Notes under the pieces: model-generated | What the model saw: only the letters and a program-made list of their open reading frames with translations | Databases searched by the model: none | Told to the model about the DNA's origin: nothing | Made by a program: the position numbers and the translations under genes | Source of the DNA: Mobula birostris | Taxonomy: Eukaryota | NCBI RefSeq assembly: GCF_030028105.1 | Contig: NC_092397.1 | Location: 42,660,613-42,724,612, forward strand | Length of the DNA: 64,000 nucleotides | Direction: 5' to 3' | Shown: positions 24,811 through 37,354 of the stretch, one piece after another | Layout of the letters: every line of letters starts with the position of its first letter | How positions within the stretch are numbered: the stretch's first letter is position 1

Positions 24811-25025
24811 CTGCCCGAGAAACGCGCAGAGAGACAGAGGCGGGGAGGGGAGGAGACAGAGTCAGAGTGACGGACAGAGCCGAGACCGGCCTCTCATCTT
24901 CCAGGTCCGTCTTCGCTTTATTACACCCGGCAATTTCCAACGGTTTTTCCAAAACACAGAGCTCCAGAGAGAAAAAAAAAACTTCCTCACACACCACGTA
25001 CATAGTGAAGGATCTCCAGGAACTT
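24811..25025 (-). repeat. Orphan copy of H4 upstream promoter region
   Basis: Matches 12775-12990; lacks TATA and CDS. Confidence 0.85.
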
Positions 25026-25465
25026 ACTGGCGGTCGGACTTCATCGGATCAGAATACAGTGTGATTGGCGCAGGATTAATTTCAAATTGCCCGCCAATTT
25101 CAGAGCAACCTGCAACGGTGCTTGGCTGCTTTTAAAATTATTTACCATTAATTGTATCATGGATTATACAATGTCAGTTTCATTTAAAAAATTAATATCT
25201 AATTCCATCAGTTAAGACTTAAATTTATAATTACGAAATCGTTTCTCTAAACGAGTGAACTGATTTCTGTCCGAGATGGATAACATGATTAAGATCGATC
25301 TTAATGCGTTCAGAGGTTTTGTCGTAATCACCGACTGGAAAGGCTGATTCACAGGTAGATTTCAAGCGGAACCGATTAATCTGTTTCAAATGCAACCAGA
25401 TGAATAAATCGATAAAAAAATAATTAAAAGGTTGTGGATACGGCTCCGTCTGTGAGGCGGTGGGT

Positions 25466-25736
<271 letters not shown>

Positions 25737-26249
25737 TCATCGTCCAGCTCCGCCTTCACTTTACCACAACCGCCAATTTCCAACGATTCATCCGACACAA
25801 AGCGCTCCAGCGAAAAACAAAACTCCTTCACACACCACGTACATACTGGAGGATTTCTGGGAATTTGCCGATTCTCCTGCTTTAAATTATAGGAAGTGCT
25901 TTTCCATTCTACAAATCCCCGAGGACCTCGGTCTGTCCCTCCCCGGCCCCATGACCAGTGCGAGCGCCCTCACACACAGCAGTTGGTGGGCGAGGGTGCA
26001 GTCACTTCCAGTGATGAGAGGGTTGATTCAGTAGAACAATTGCTCCTCTGGATCGCCCGGGAAATGAAAGACCGGTCACATACTGGAACAGGATACATAA
26101 CCAGATATATAGACCGCGCTTTTAGCGTCTTCTAAAGCCCAGGTAAAGGGGTGGCTGAGGAGCTGGTGTGGGGTGGGTGGGGGCTTCAGGTACAAGGATC
26201 ATTGGGTCTCAAGGGAAACAAGAGACGGGGAGGAGAGGAGGGGAGCCAA

Positions 26250-28175
26250 TATGTTTCCGGGGAGCCTTCTTCGTGCTACACGGAAGGGTTTAAACGAGCA
26301 GGGATGAGTTCCTGCACAGTGATTTTCGGGAACAAGGTTAAAAAAATCAGGACTTCCAGGATTGTATTACGACGCAAAGCATGTGGCTGTGGGGTGGGAA
26401 ATCGATATTTTATGCAGTTTAATTTGTTGCTGAGGAACTGATGCGGGAGGGAGGTCTTCATGGATCAATGGGCTCTCTTCCAGGCAGGTGGGAGACCGGG
26501 ACAAACAAGACCATTTGCATTTGAACCGGACGGGAACCAATATCTTCGCCAGGAAGTTTGATGGTGTCACTTGGCAGAGTTTGAACTCGAGCAGCAAGTG
26601 GGAGAAAGTATGTTTGACAAGACAGTCTGAAAAGAACGAGGGCCAATGTCAGGCTAATAAACATGGTGGGACTGATGGGCTGAAATGAGTTTATTTCAAC
26701 ACTACGAGTGTTACGTTAGGAGAGGAACAGGGCCGGCAGCTCAACATTCCTGGGTTTGATTGTTTAACATGTGGGGGGGGGGGTAAAAGATGCAGAGGTT
26801 ACCCCACTGGGAATGTCACAGTAAACTGGAAGGCTCATTTACAGAGGCAATCTGCAGTTACAGTGATGGGATTATAGTATTGGCCCCCAATAACCACCGG
26901 GAGGTGGAGGATCAGATATGTTGATACTTATGGAGAGGTGCAGAACAACTGGGTTGTCATAGTGAGGGACTTCATCTTCCCTGGAAATGACTGGATCTTG
27001 CTCAAATGCACAAGATTTGTTCAGTGAATCCGAGGAGTGTTTGAAACCTTATGTACAGGGCCCAACCAGAGCTGAGAACAGACGGGAATTAGCTTTGGGA
27101 AATGAGCCAGGCCAGCTGACAGCCAAGAGTCAGCGAACATTTTGGGAACAGTGATCACAACTTTATTTAAAGTTATGAGTAAGAATAAAATTAAATCTTG
27201 TATGAAGGTGCTAAATTGCAGGAGGGCAAGTCAGGACAGAAGAAGACAGGAACCAAGGGGCATTGATTGGGAGCAGCCACTGTCAGACAAGTCCACATCT
27301 GACGTGGGAGTTGTTTAAAGACCAGCAACTCTGAGTTCAGGATCAGCATGTTCCGGTGAGGAGTGAGGAGAAGGATGGTAAGTAAGGGAACTTCGGATGA
27401 GCAGAGAGATACTAAATTTAGTCAGAAGGATATGGAAGGTTTGTGAAGCTAAAGTCAGACTGGGTACCTTTGGAATATAAAGATAACAGGGAAATGCTAA
27501 AGCAGATGATAGGAAAGGCCAAATGGGGCCACAAACTGTCCTTGTGGAGTGGGACCAAAGATGATCCCAAGGCCTTGTAATTTGTATTAATGAGGCGAGG
27601 ATAACCAGAGAATGGAAAGGTCGACTCAAGATTAAAGGAGGAGTGATGTGGTTGAAGTCAGACCAAGTGGCTAAGGTACTAAATGAGTATGTTGTGTCAG
27701 TATTTACTGAGAAGAAGGAATTGAATGACAATGAAAACAGAGTGAGACATGCTAATGTGCAGAGACGCGTTGAGATTAAGGAGGAGGCTGTGCTGGGACG
27801 TCTGAGAAGCAATAAGATGGATAAGACTCCAGGGCCTGAAGGCATATATCCTGCAATAGTGAAAGAAACAAGTGAGCAGATTGCTGGGGATTTGACAAGG
27901 ATCTATGTGTCCTCGATCACAACATGTGAGATCCCTCAGGACTGGAGTGTCGCAAATGTTGCAGCTTTGATCAAGAAGGGAAATAACAAGAATCCAGGAA
28001 TCTGCAGGCAAGGCAGCCTCATTTCAGTGGTAGAGAAGCTACTGGGGAGGATATTGAGGCACAGGATTTATGCACATTCAGAAAGGCATGGCCTGCTTAG
28101 GGACAATCAACATGGTTATGCGTGGCCAGATCACGCTTGATAAAATTGATTGAGGTTTCTGAGGAGGTGATACAG
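26250..28175 (+). mobile_element. Old CR1 LINE fragment (end of ORF1, endonuclease, tether)
   Basis: DHLHLNRTGTNIFA; VLNEYVVSV...DKTPGPEGIYP...SLISVVEKLL. Confidence 0.75.
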
Positions 28176-28964
28176 ACTAAGATATAGGAGCAGAATTCGA
28201 CCATTTGGTCCATCAAATCTGCTCTGACATTTCATTATGGCTGATCCATTTTTCCTCTCAGCCCCAGTCTCCTGCCTTTCCCTTGTATCCCTTCATACTC
28301 TGACCAATCAAGAATATATCAACCTCTGCCTTAAATATACATAAAGTCCTGGCTTAACAGCTTCCTTTGGCAATGAATTCCACAGATTCACCGCTCTCTG
28401 GCTAAAGAAATTCCTCATTCTCCACATTCTGCTCCTGTATTCTGAGGCTGTGTCCTCTAATATCAGACACTCCCATCTTCTGCACATCCACTTTATCATT
28501 GCCTTTCACACTTCGATAGGTTTCAATTGGGCCACCCCTCATTGTTCAAAAATTCCAATGAACACAGGCCCAGAGCCATCAAACACTCTTCATGTAGCAA
28601 CCTGTTTCATCCTGCAATAAATCTGGAGAACTTCCTTTGAAAGCAATCCAGTTTCAGCCCATCCTTCATGAGAAAAAGGGCCCAAATCTGCTCAAGATAC
28701 TCCAGTGAGACCTCCCCAGTACTTTATAAAGTCTGATCATTATTATGATTGGCACAGATATTGTGGTCCGAAGGGCAGGTTGCCATCTGTTCCATATTGT
28801 GTACTGATGAACATGTTTGATCTAACAGCTATTGCAGGGACATGGGTACGGAGACTGGGACTGAGAATTCGACATTCCACTATATTCAATGTTCCACACA
28901 GAATCAGCAAAATGGAAAGGAGCAGGATGGATTTGTTCACAACGTGCTGGTGAAGGAGTGGATA

Positions 28965-30543
28965 CAGTGCCTATAAAAAATGTTCAGTCTCCTTAGAAGT
29001 TATTATGTTTTATTGTTCTGCAATGGATTTAATTTGGCTTTTTTGACACTGATCAACAGAAAAGACTACGGTGTCACAGTGAAAGCAGATCTCTACAAAG
29101 TGATCTAAATTAATTGTAAATATGAAACAAAATAATTCATTGCCTTTGCATTCACCTCCTTCAAATCAGTAATTAGTTGGTGCACCTTTGACAGTATCTA
29201 CGGTTGAGTCTGTGTGGATAGGTGTCTATCAGCTTTGCACATCTGAACACTGCAATTTCCCCCATTCTTCTTTACAAAACTGCTGAAGCTCTGTCAGAAT
29301 GCATGGGTTGGTGAGTGAACAGATCTTTTCAAGTCCCAATTGGATTGAGGTCTGGACTCTCACAAAGCCACTCCAGGACAGTAACTTTGTTGTTTTAAGG
29401 CATTCCTGTGCAGCTTCGGTTTTATGCTTGCGGTCATTATCTTGCTGGAAAATTAATTTTCTCCTAAGTCGCAGTTCTCTTGATGACTGAATTAGGTTTT
29501 CCTCCAGGATTTCCCTGTATTTTGCTGCATTCATTTTACCCTCTACCTTTATGTGCCTTTCAGGGCCTGCTACAGTGAAGCACACCCGCAGGATGATGCA
29601 GCCTCCACCAAGCTTCACGGTAGGGATGGTGTGTTTTTGATGTTGTGCGGTGTTTGGCTTATTCCAAACTCAGTGTTTGTGATGGTCAAAAAATTCAATT
29701 TTGTTTTCATCAGACCATAGAATCTTCATCCAACTAACTCTGGAGTCCCCCACAATTCTGGCAAGCTCCAGGCAAGATTTCATGAGAGCATTTTTCAACA
29801 GTGGCTTTTTCTCTGCCACTCTCCCATAAAGCTGCGACTGGTGAAACACCCGGGCAACAGTTGATGTATGCACAATCTCTCCCAGCACTGAAGCTTCTAA
29901 CTCCTCTAGAGTTATCATAGGTCTCTTGGTGGCCTCCCCCACTGGCCCCTTCTTGCATGGCCGCACAGTTTCTGAGGATAGCCTGCTCTTGGCAGATTTA
30001 CAGCTGTGCCATATTCTTCACACTTCTGGATGAGTGACTTAACTATACTCCAAGGGCATTCAGTGACTTGGAAATGTTCTTGTATCCATCTCCTGGCTTG
30101 TGTTTTTCAATTACCTTTTTGCAGAGCAGCTCGGAGTGTTGATTTGTCTTCACGGTGTAGTTTCTCCCAGGATACTGACTCACCAGCAGTTAGACCTTCC
30201 ACTTACAGGTGTACTATTACTACAATCAATTGAAACACCTTGACTGCACACGGTCATCTCCATTTAACTGATTATGTAACTTCGAAAACTAATTGGCTGC
30301 ACCAGTGATGATTTGGTGTGTCATATTAAAGGGGGTGAATACTTAAACAGACAATTATTTTGTTTTTTGATTTGTAATTAGTTGAGAGCATTTTGTAGAG
30401 ATTTGTTTTCACTTTGACCCGAAAGAGTCTTTTTCCATTGATTAGTTTCAAAAAAAGCCAAATTCAATCCACTGAGATTCAATGCTGTAAACCAATAAAA
30501 CATGAAAACTTCCAAGGGGTGTGAATACTTTTCATCGGCACTT
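28965..30543 (-). mobile_element. Full-length degenerate Tc1 DNA transposon (about 1.58 kb)
   Basis: TA|CAGTGCC...GGCACTT|TA termini; transposase remnants WSDENKIEFF, GGGCIILRVCF, FQQDNDRKH. Confidence 0.9.
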
Positions 30544-31699
30544 TACATGTAGGGACAGTGATGGTGAAAGGGGGAGGGAAAGAAGACATGGGTAGGAGTG
30601 GCCTCAAGATCCTGAGGTGTGACCAAAGGCATTCAAGGAAATATTAAATCAAAGAACATACAAAGAGGCAAGGGCTGGTGGTAGTCAAGAGAATCAGGAA
30701 TTTCTCGGAACCAGTGATGAGATAAAAGCTAAAAGTAACAAGGAACACGCAGAGAAGTTAACTCAATAATTTGCATTAGTGTGCACAGTGGGTCACAGCA
30801 AACATCCCACAGATATCTAACGGTGACATTTCAACATTGTGCCATAATGATCGCCATCACAAGGGAGAAACTAATGGGACTAAAAGCAAACTTTACCAGG
30901 TCCTAACAACCTGCACTGGAGGGTTTCACAGGAAGACCGGAGAGAAAGTAGAGACACTGAAGTTTGTCAAAACTCACTGTTACAGAAAGGTCCCAGTGGA
31001 GTTGAAAACCATTGTTGAAGAAGAGTGGAAGATGAAAAGCAGGTAACTGTAGTCCTGTTAACTTCACTTCAGCTACTGGAGTCTATAATCTACGAAGAAA
31101 TAGCAAGTCGTTTGGAAAAGTTTAATGCCACTGAACTAACTCAACAGGGTCTACAGTCAGATTCACACAGATTCCACGATGACCAAAGTTCCGATCTGAC
31201 CTTGTGGTCTGTAACCCCTTCACCACCACGTTATGAACAAGGCTATCCTCCTCCTTGTCCCAGTTCTCTGCACTTGGCCCATGTACTCAAAACCTTTCCT
31301 TTCCATCTACCTGTCCAAGTACTTTTTTAATGTACTTGACTCAACCACTCCCCATAGCAACTCATTCCATTTACTGACCAGCCTCCAGGTCCCTGATGAT
31401 TTTACACACCTCTGCAATATCAGCACTCATTCTCCAACATTACAGGGAACATTTGCAGGTAACACCAAGATTAGGGGTGCAGTGGACAGCAAGAAAGGCT
31501 AGCAAATATTGACATGGGACGTTGTCCAGTTGTTAAAATGGCAGATGGAATTTAATGCAGACAATTATGAGGTGTGTTCAACAAAAGTTTAACGAGAGAA
31601 ATGTGTGGTTTAAAGAGGATGAGGAAAAGCAAGAAGGTTGAGAGTGGAATGGCTCAGGATTTCCGGACCGAAGGTATTTTACTACTCGGAGTAAAGAGA

Positions 31700-34600
31700 G
31701 GCAAGACTGCACAGACACGTGACATCAGCCAGTAGAATGGGAAAAGGTTTAAAAAGAAGACCGCCATATCCAGCGGGCAGCAGAGTGAGAGGGCTTTGGC
31801 TCAACTGGTTTAGGTGGTAATGAGGCGAGGTAGCTTTACCTGCGTTAATTGTGGAAAGGAAGTATGTGTGTGAGCCCGGTGTTCTGTGCTCGGTGTCAGA
31901 TGTTGAAAGTTCTGGAGTCTCCCAGCCTCCTGGATGGCAATATCCGCACACGGTCTGTTGAGCTGCGGCTCCTAAGGGACTGCGTTAGGGAACGGGAGTT
32001 GCAGCTCGTTGACCTTCGTCTGGTCAAGGACAGCGAGGAGGTAATAGAAGGGTGATCACACTGGGACCACAGCAGACAGACAAGTGGTTAACAGTCAGGA
32101 GAGGGAAGGGGAAGAGACAGGTACCAGAGAGTACCCCTGTGGCTGTCCCCCTGAACAATAAGTATTCCTGTTTGAGTACTGTTGGGGGGTAGGGGGGATA
32201 TAGCCTACCTGGGGGAAGCAACAGTGGTCGTGCCTCTGACACAGAGCCCAGCCCTGTGGCTCAGAAGGGTAGGGAAAGGAAGAGAAAGGCCGTAGTGATG
32301 GGGGACTCTTCAGTTAGGCACTCTGTGAATGCAGGAAAGAAACACGGATGATAGTTTGCCTCCCAGATGCCAGGGTCCGGGAAGTTTCAGATCGCGTCCA
32401 AAATATCCTGCAGTGGAATGGAGAACAGCCAGAGGTCGTGGTACATATTGGTACCACTGACATAGGTAGGAAAAGGGAAGAGGTCCTGAAAACAGACTAC
32501 AGGGAGTTAGGAAGGAAGTTGAGAAGCAGGAGAGCAAAGGTAGTAATCTCGGGATTACTGCCTGTGCCACGTGACAGTGAGTATAGGAATAGAATGAGCT
32601 GGAGGATAAATGCGTGGCTGAGGGATTGAAGCAGGGGGCAGGGATTCAGATTTCTGGATCATTGGGACCTCTCTTGGGGCAGGTGTGACCTGTACAACAA
32701 GGACGAGGTGCACTTGAATCCCACGGGGACCAATATCTTGGCGGGGAGGTTTGCTACTGGGGAGAGTTTAAACTAGAACTGTTGGGGGGTGGGAACGGAA
32801 CTGAAGAGACTGGGGAAGAGGCGGTTGGCTTACAAATAGAGAAAGCTTGGAGACAGTGTGTGAGGGAGGACAGGCAAGTGATAGAGAAGGTATGTGCTCA
32901 GACCAACGGTTTGAGATGTGTCTATTTTAACGCAAGGAGTATTGTGAACAAAGCGGATGAGCTTAGAGCATGTATCACTACTTGGAGCTATGATGTGGTG
33001 GCCATTACAGAGACTTGGATGGCTCCGGGACAGGAATGGTTACTTCAAGTGCCGGGTTTTAGATGTTTCAGGAAGGACAGAGAGGAAGACAAAAGAGATG
33101 GGGCGTGGCAATGTTGATCAGAGATAGTGTCATGCCTGCAGAAAAGGAGGACGTCATGGAGGGATTGTCTGCAGAGTCTCTGTGGGTGAAGGTTAGGAAC
33201 AGGAAGGGGTCAATTACTCTACTGGGTGGTTTTCATAGGCCACCCAATAGTAACACGGATATCGAGGAGCAGATAGGGAAACAGATCCTGGAAACGAGTA
33301 ATAACAACAGAGTTGTCACGGTAGGAGATTTTAATTTCCCAAATATCGATTGGCATCTCCCCCAAGCAAGGGGTTTAGATAGGGTGGAGTTTGTTAGCTG
33401 TGTTCAGAAAGGTTTCTTGACACAATGTGTAGATAAGCCTACAAGAGGAGAGACTGTACTTGATTTGGTATTGGGAAATGAACCTGGTCAGGTGTCAGTT
33501 CTCTCAGCGGCAAAGCATTTTAGAGATAGTGATCATAATTCTATTTCCTTTACAATAGCATTGGGAGAGACAGGAACAGACAAGTTAGAAAAGTGTTTAA
33601 TTGGAGTAACGGGAATTATGAGGCTATCAGGCAGAAACTTGGAAGCTTAAATTGGGAACAGATGTTCTCAGGGAAAGGTACGGAAGAAATGTGGCAAATG
33701 TTCAGGGGATATTCGTGTGAAGTTCTGCATAGGTATGTTCCAATGAGACAGGGAAGTTATGGTAGGGTACAGGAACCGTGGTGTACAAAGGCTGTAGTAA
33801 ATCTAGTCAAGAAAAGAAAAGCTTACAAAAGGTTAAGAGAGCTAGGTAATGTTAGAGATTTAGAAGATTGTCAGGCTAACAGGAAGGAGCTTAAGAAGGA
33901 AATTAGGAGAGCCAGAAGGGGCCATGAGAAGGCCTTGGCAGGCAGGATTAAGGAAAACCCCAAGGCATTTTACAAGTATGTGAAGAGCAAGAGGTTAAGA
34001 CACAAAAGAATAGGACCTATCAAGTGTGACAGTGGGAAAGTGTGTATGGAACTGGAGGAAATAGCAGAGGTACTTAATGAATACTTTACTTCAATATTCA
34101 CTATAGAAAAGGATCTTGGTGATTGTAGTGATAACTTGCAGCGGACTGAAAAGCTTGAGCATGTAGATATTAAGAAAGTGGATGTGCTGGAGCTTTTGGA
34201 AAGCATCAAGTTGGATAAGTCACCGGGACCGGATGAGATGTACCTCAGGATACTGCGGGAGGCGAGGGAGGAGATTGCTGAGCCTCTGGCAATGATCTTT
34301 GCATCATCAATGGGGACAGGAGAGGTTCCGGAGGTTGTTCCCTCATTCAAGAAAGGGAGTACAGATAGCTCCGGAAATTATAGACCAGTGAGCCTTACTT
34401 CAGTGGTTGATAAGCTGATGAAGAAGGTCGTGAGAGGCAGGATTTATGAACATTTGGAGAGGTATAATATGATTAGGAATATTCAGCATAGCTTTGTCAA
34501 GGGCAGGTCGTGCCTTCCGAGCCTGATTGAATTTTTTGAGGATGTGACTGAACACATTGATGAAGGGAGAGCAGTAGATGTAGTGTATATGGATTTCAGC

Positions 34601-35753
34601 AAGGCATTTGATAAGGTACCCCATGCAAGGCTTATTGAGAAAATAAGGAGGCAGGGGATCCAAGGGGACAATGTTTTGCGGATCCAGAACTGGCTTGCCC
34701 ACAGAAGGCAAAGAGTGGTTGTGAACGGGTCATATTCTGCATGGAGGTCGGTGACCAATGGTGTGCCTCAGGGATCTGTTCTGGGAACCTTACTTTTTGT
34801 GATTTTTATAAATGACCTGGATGAGGAAGTGGAGGGATGGGTTAGTAAGTTTGCTGATGACACAAAGGTTGGGGGTGTTGTGGATAGTGTGGAGGGCTGT
34901 CAGAGGTTACAGCGGGACACTGATAGGATGCAAAACTGGGCTGAGAAGTGGCAGGTGGAGTTCAACCCAGGTAAGTGTGAAGTGGTTTATTTTGGCAGGT
35001 CAAATATGATGACAGCATATAGTATTAATGGTAAGACCAAGGCAGTGTAGAGGACCAGAGGGATCTTGGGGTCAGAGTCCATAGGGCGTTCAAAGCAGCT
35101 GCGCAGGTTGACTATGTGGTAAAGAAGGCACACGGTTCATTGGCCTTCATCAACCGTGGAATTGAGGTAATGTTGCAGCTCGATAGGACCTTGGTCAGAC
35201 CCACTTGTGTACTGTGCTCAGTTCTGGTCGCCTCACTACAGGAAGGATGTGGAAACCACAGAAAGGTGCAGAGGAGAATTACAAGGATGTTACCTGGATT
35301 GGGGAGCATGCCTTATGCGAATAGGTTGAATGAAATCGGACTTTTCTCCTTGGAGCGACAGAAGATGAGAGGTGACCTGATAGAGGTGTATAAGATGATG
35401 AGAGGCATTGACTGTGTGGATAGTCAGAGGCTTTTTCCCCAGGGCTGAAATGGCTGCCACAAGAGGGCACAGGTTTAAGGTGCTTGGGAGTAGGTACAGA
35501 GGAGATGTCAGGTTAAGTTGTTGTTTTTTTTTCTTTATTTTAAACGCAGAGAGTGGTGAGTGCATCAAATGGGCTGCCAGCAATAGTGGTGGAGGCTGAT
35601 ACGATAGGGCCTTTTAAGATACGTTTGGATAGATACACGGAGCTTAGAAAGATAGAGGGCTATGGGTAACCCTAGTAATTTCAAAGGTAGCTACATGTTT
35701 GGCACAACTTGTGGGCCGAAGGGCCTGCATTGTGCTGTAGGTTTTCTATGTTT
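31700..35753 (+). mobile_element. Near full-length CR1 LINE, frameshifted (ORF1 esterase, APE, RT)
   Basis: VVVHIGTTDI (SGNH/GDSL-like ORF1), FNARS/ITETW/GDFNFP/SDH, 485-aa ORF with DFSKAFD, GVPQGSVLG, FADD; tail ttttctatgtttc. Confidence 0.92.
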
Positions 35754-36859
35754 CCCATCTCCCCAGAGGGAGGTTACAATCTGGAACACAGTCCGAAGGG
35801 GTGGTGCAGGCTAGTATTTAAGGACCATCTGGATGAGCATTTGAATCACCAAGGCAGGGTAGGAGACAGACCAAGTGCTGAGTTAGTGGGGACAGATTCT
35901 CAATGGTCACTATGGACATGCAGAAATCACTGACAGTGAAAGTGCAATGGGAACCTGAAACACCGAACTTCAGGATGGTCATACCTAAAACATTCAGTAC
36001 CCAGTATGATGGGATTGTTGTTGTACAAAGGTATTAATCGCCACATACTGAACCAACCCCCTCAAAAGGCTACCAAAATGCTGCCATTCCCTGTGCACCA
36101 GTAACAATAGTCTTCTATGGGAATTTGGTGAAGTACTCTGGGTGATATTAGGAGAGATGGCTGACAACTTGGTCACAGTGGGAGGGTGCAAATATCTTCT
36201 CAGAGGATAAGGGGTTCAGTGGAACAAGCTCACAGCTCGCAGTGGAGGAGTGTTGTGGTCAGGGTTGTACAGGATAGAGACAGACCCTCTGGCCCATCAC
36301 ATTTATGGTCCCCATCATGCACAGCTATACTAATCCCACTTCCCTGCATTAGTTTCATATCCCTCTGGGCCTTGCTCACTGAAGCCCCTGTGCATGTGCC
36401 TCTAATATTGTTACACAGTTCCCTGTATGTGGCATCACAGGTAGACAGGGATGTGTGTTCTGCTTGCCTTGTTAGCCAAAGAACTGCCTCTCATTAGAGT
36501 AGGACAAAACTGTTTAAAGACAGATTTAAAGGGGATCTGAAGGGTAAATATTTCACACAGAGAAAAGCTGTATTGTAAATCAGTACCAGAAGAGGTGTGC
36601 TGGAGGGCAGAAACTCCTCAGGAATCTGTGTGCATCCTGCCATGATTTAACCTCCCAAAATAGAGTCACTGGTCTATACAGAAATGAACCAGTCCCTTCG
36701 GTACAACTCATCCACGCCGACCAAGTTGTCGACCTGAACTCGGCCCATCTGCCTGCATTAGGCCCGTATCCCTCTCAACCTTTCCCATCCATGTGACTGT
36801 GCAAATATGTTTTAAGTATTGTACCTGAGGCAGAGAGCCGGTGCAGTGAGGCGCTGACG

Positions 36860-37125
36860 GACACTCACTGTTCCGCGGGCAGGAAGAGGAGAGACCGAAA
36901 CCCCAACAAGTGGAGACCGACTCCACCATCCCGGACCTACCGCCCACCACGGCCCGTTCCCCAGGAAACGACGTCGGTAAAGGTGGGGCTGTGTGACGTC
37001 ATCGCGTCACGGGTCAACAATCACATCTGTCACGTGACAGTGAGTCGGCGGCCGGGGAGGCGGGGCAGAGGGAGCTGTCAATCAGCAGAGCGGCTGAGAA
37101 ACTTGCGACCATTGTAAACAATGGG
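36860..37125 (-). promoter_or_regulatory. CpG-rich Pol II promoter-like module with candidate first exon
   Basis: TGACGTCA 36994-37001, CTGTCACGTGACAG 37027-37040, GC box, CTGTCAATCA 37075-37084, minus-strand donor GTGAGT 36868-36863. Confidence 0.6.
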
Positions 37126-37354
37126 GAGAGTGGGAGATTTCCCGGAGTAGTGTTCATATTATAATTTGGCTGTTCGATCTAATAAATATTTAATGTTTGT
37201 ATTTTGTATATTTTTGTGTGGATAATCTTTTTATAATTTTGGATAAAATATGTTGGAACTAGATCACTGAAAAAAGAGCGTCACGGAAAAATATTGCCAA
37301 AGCCAAAATTTTAATCCAAAGTAAGTTGTTATCACTCTGCGCATATATCACCAT

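Noticed and set aside
26010-26160. C/D-box snoRNA (GTGATGA...CTGA)
   Set aside because: No terminal stem or recognisable guide; such short motifs are expected by chance.
33593-35050. 485-aa reverse transcriptase as a domesticated gene
   Set aside because: It is part of a frameshifted CR1 ORF2 with an intact LINE tail.
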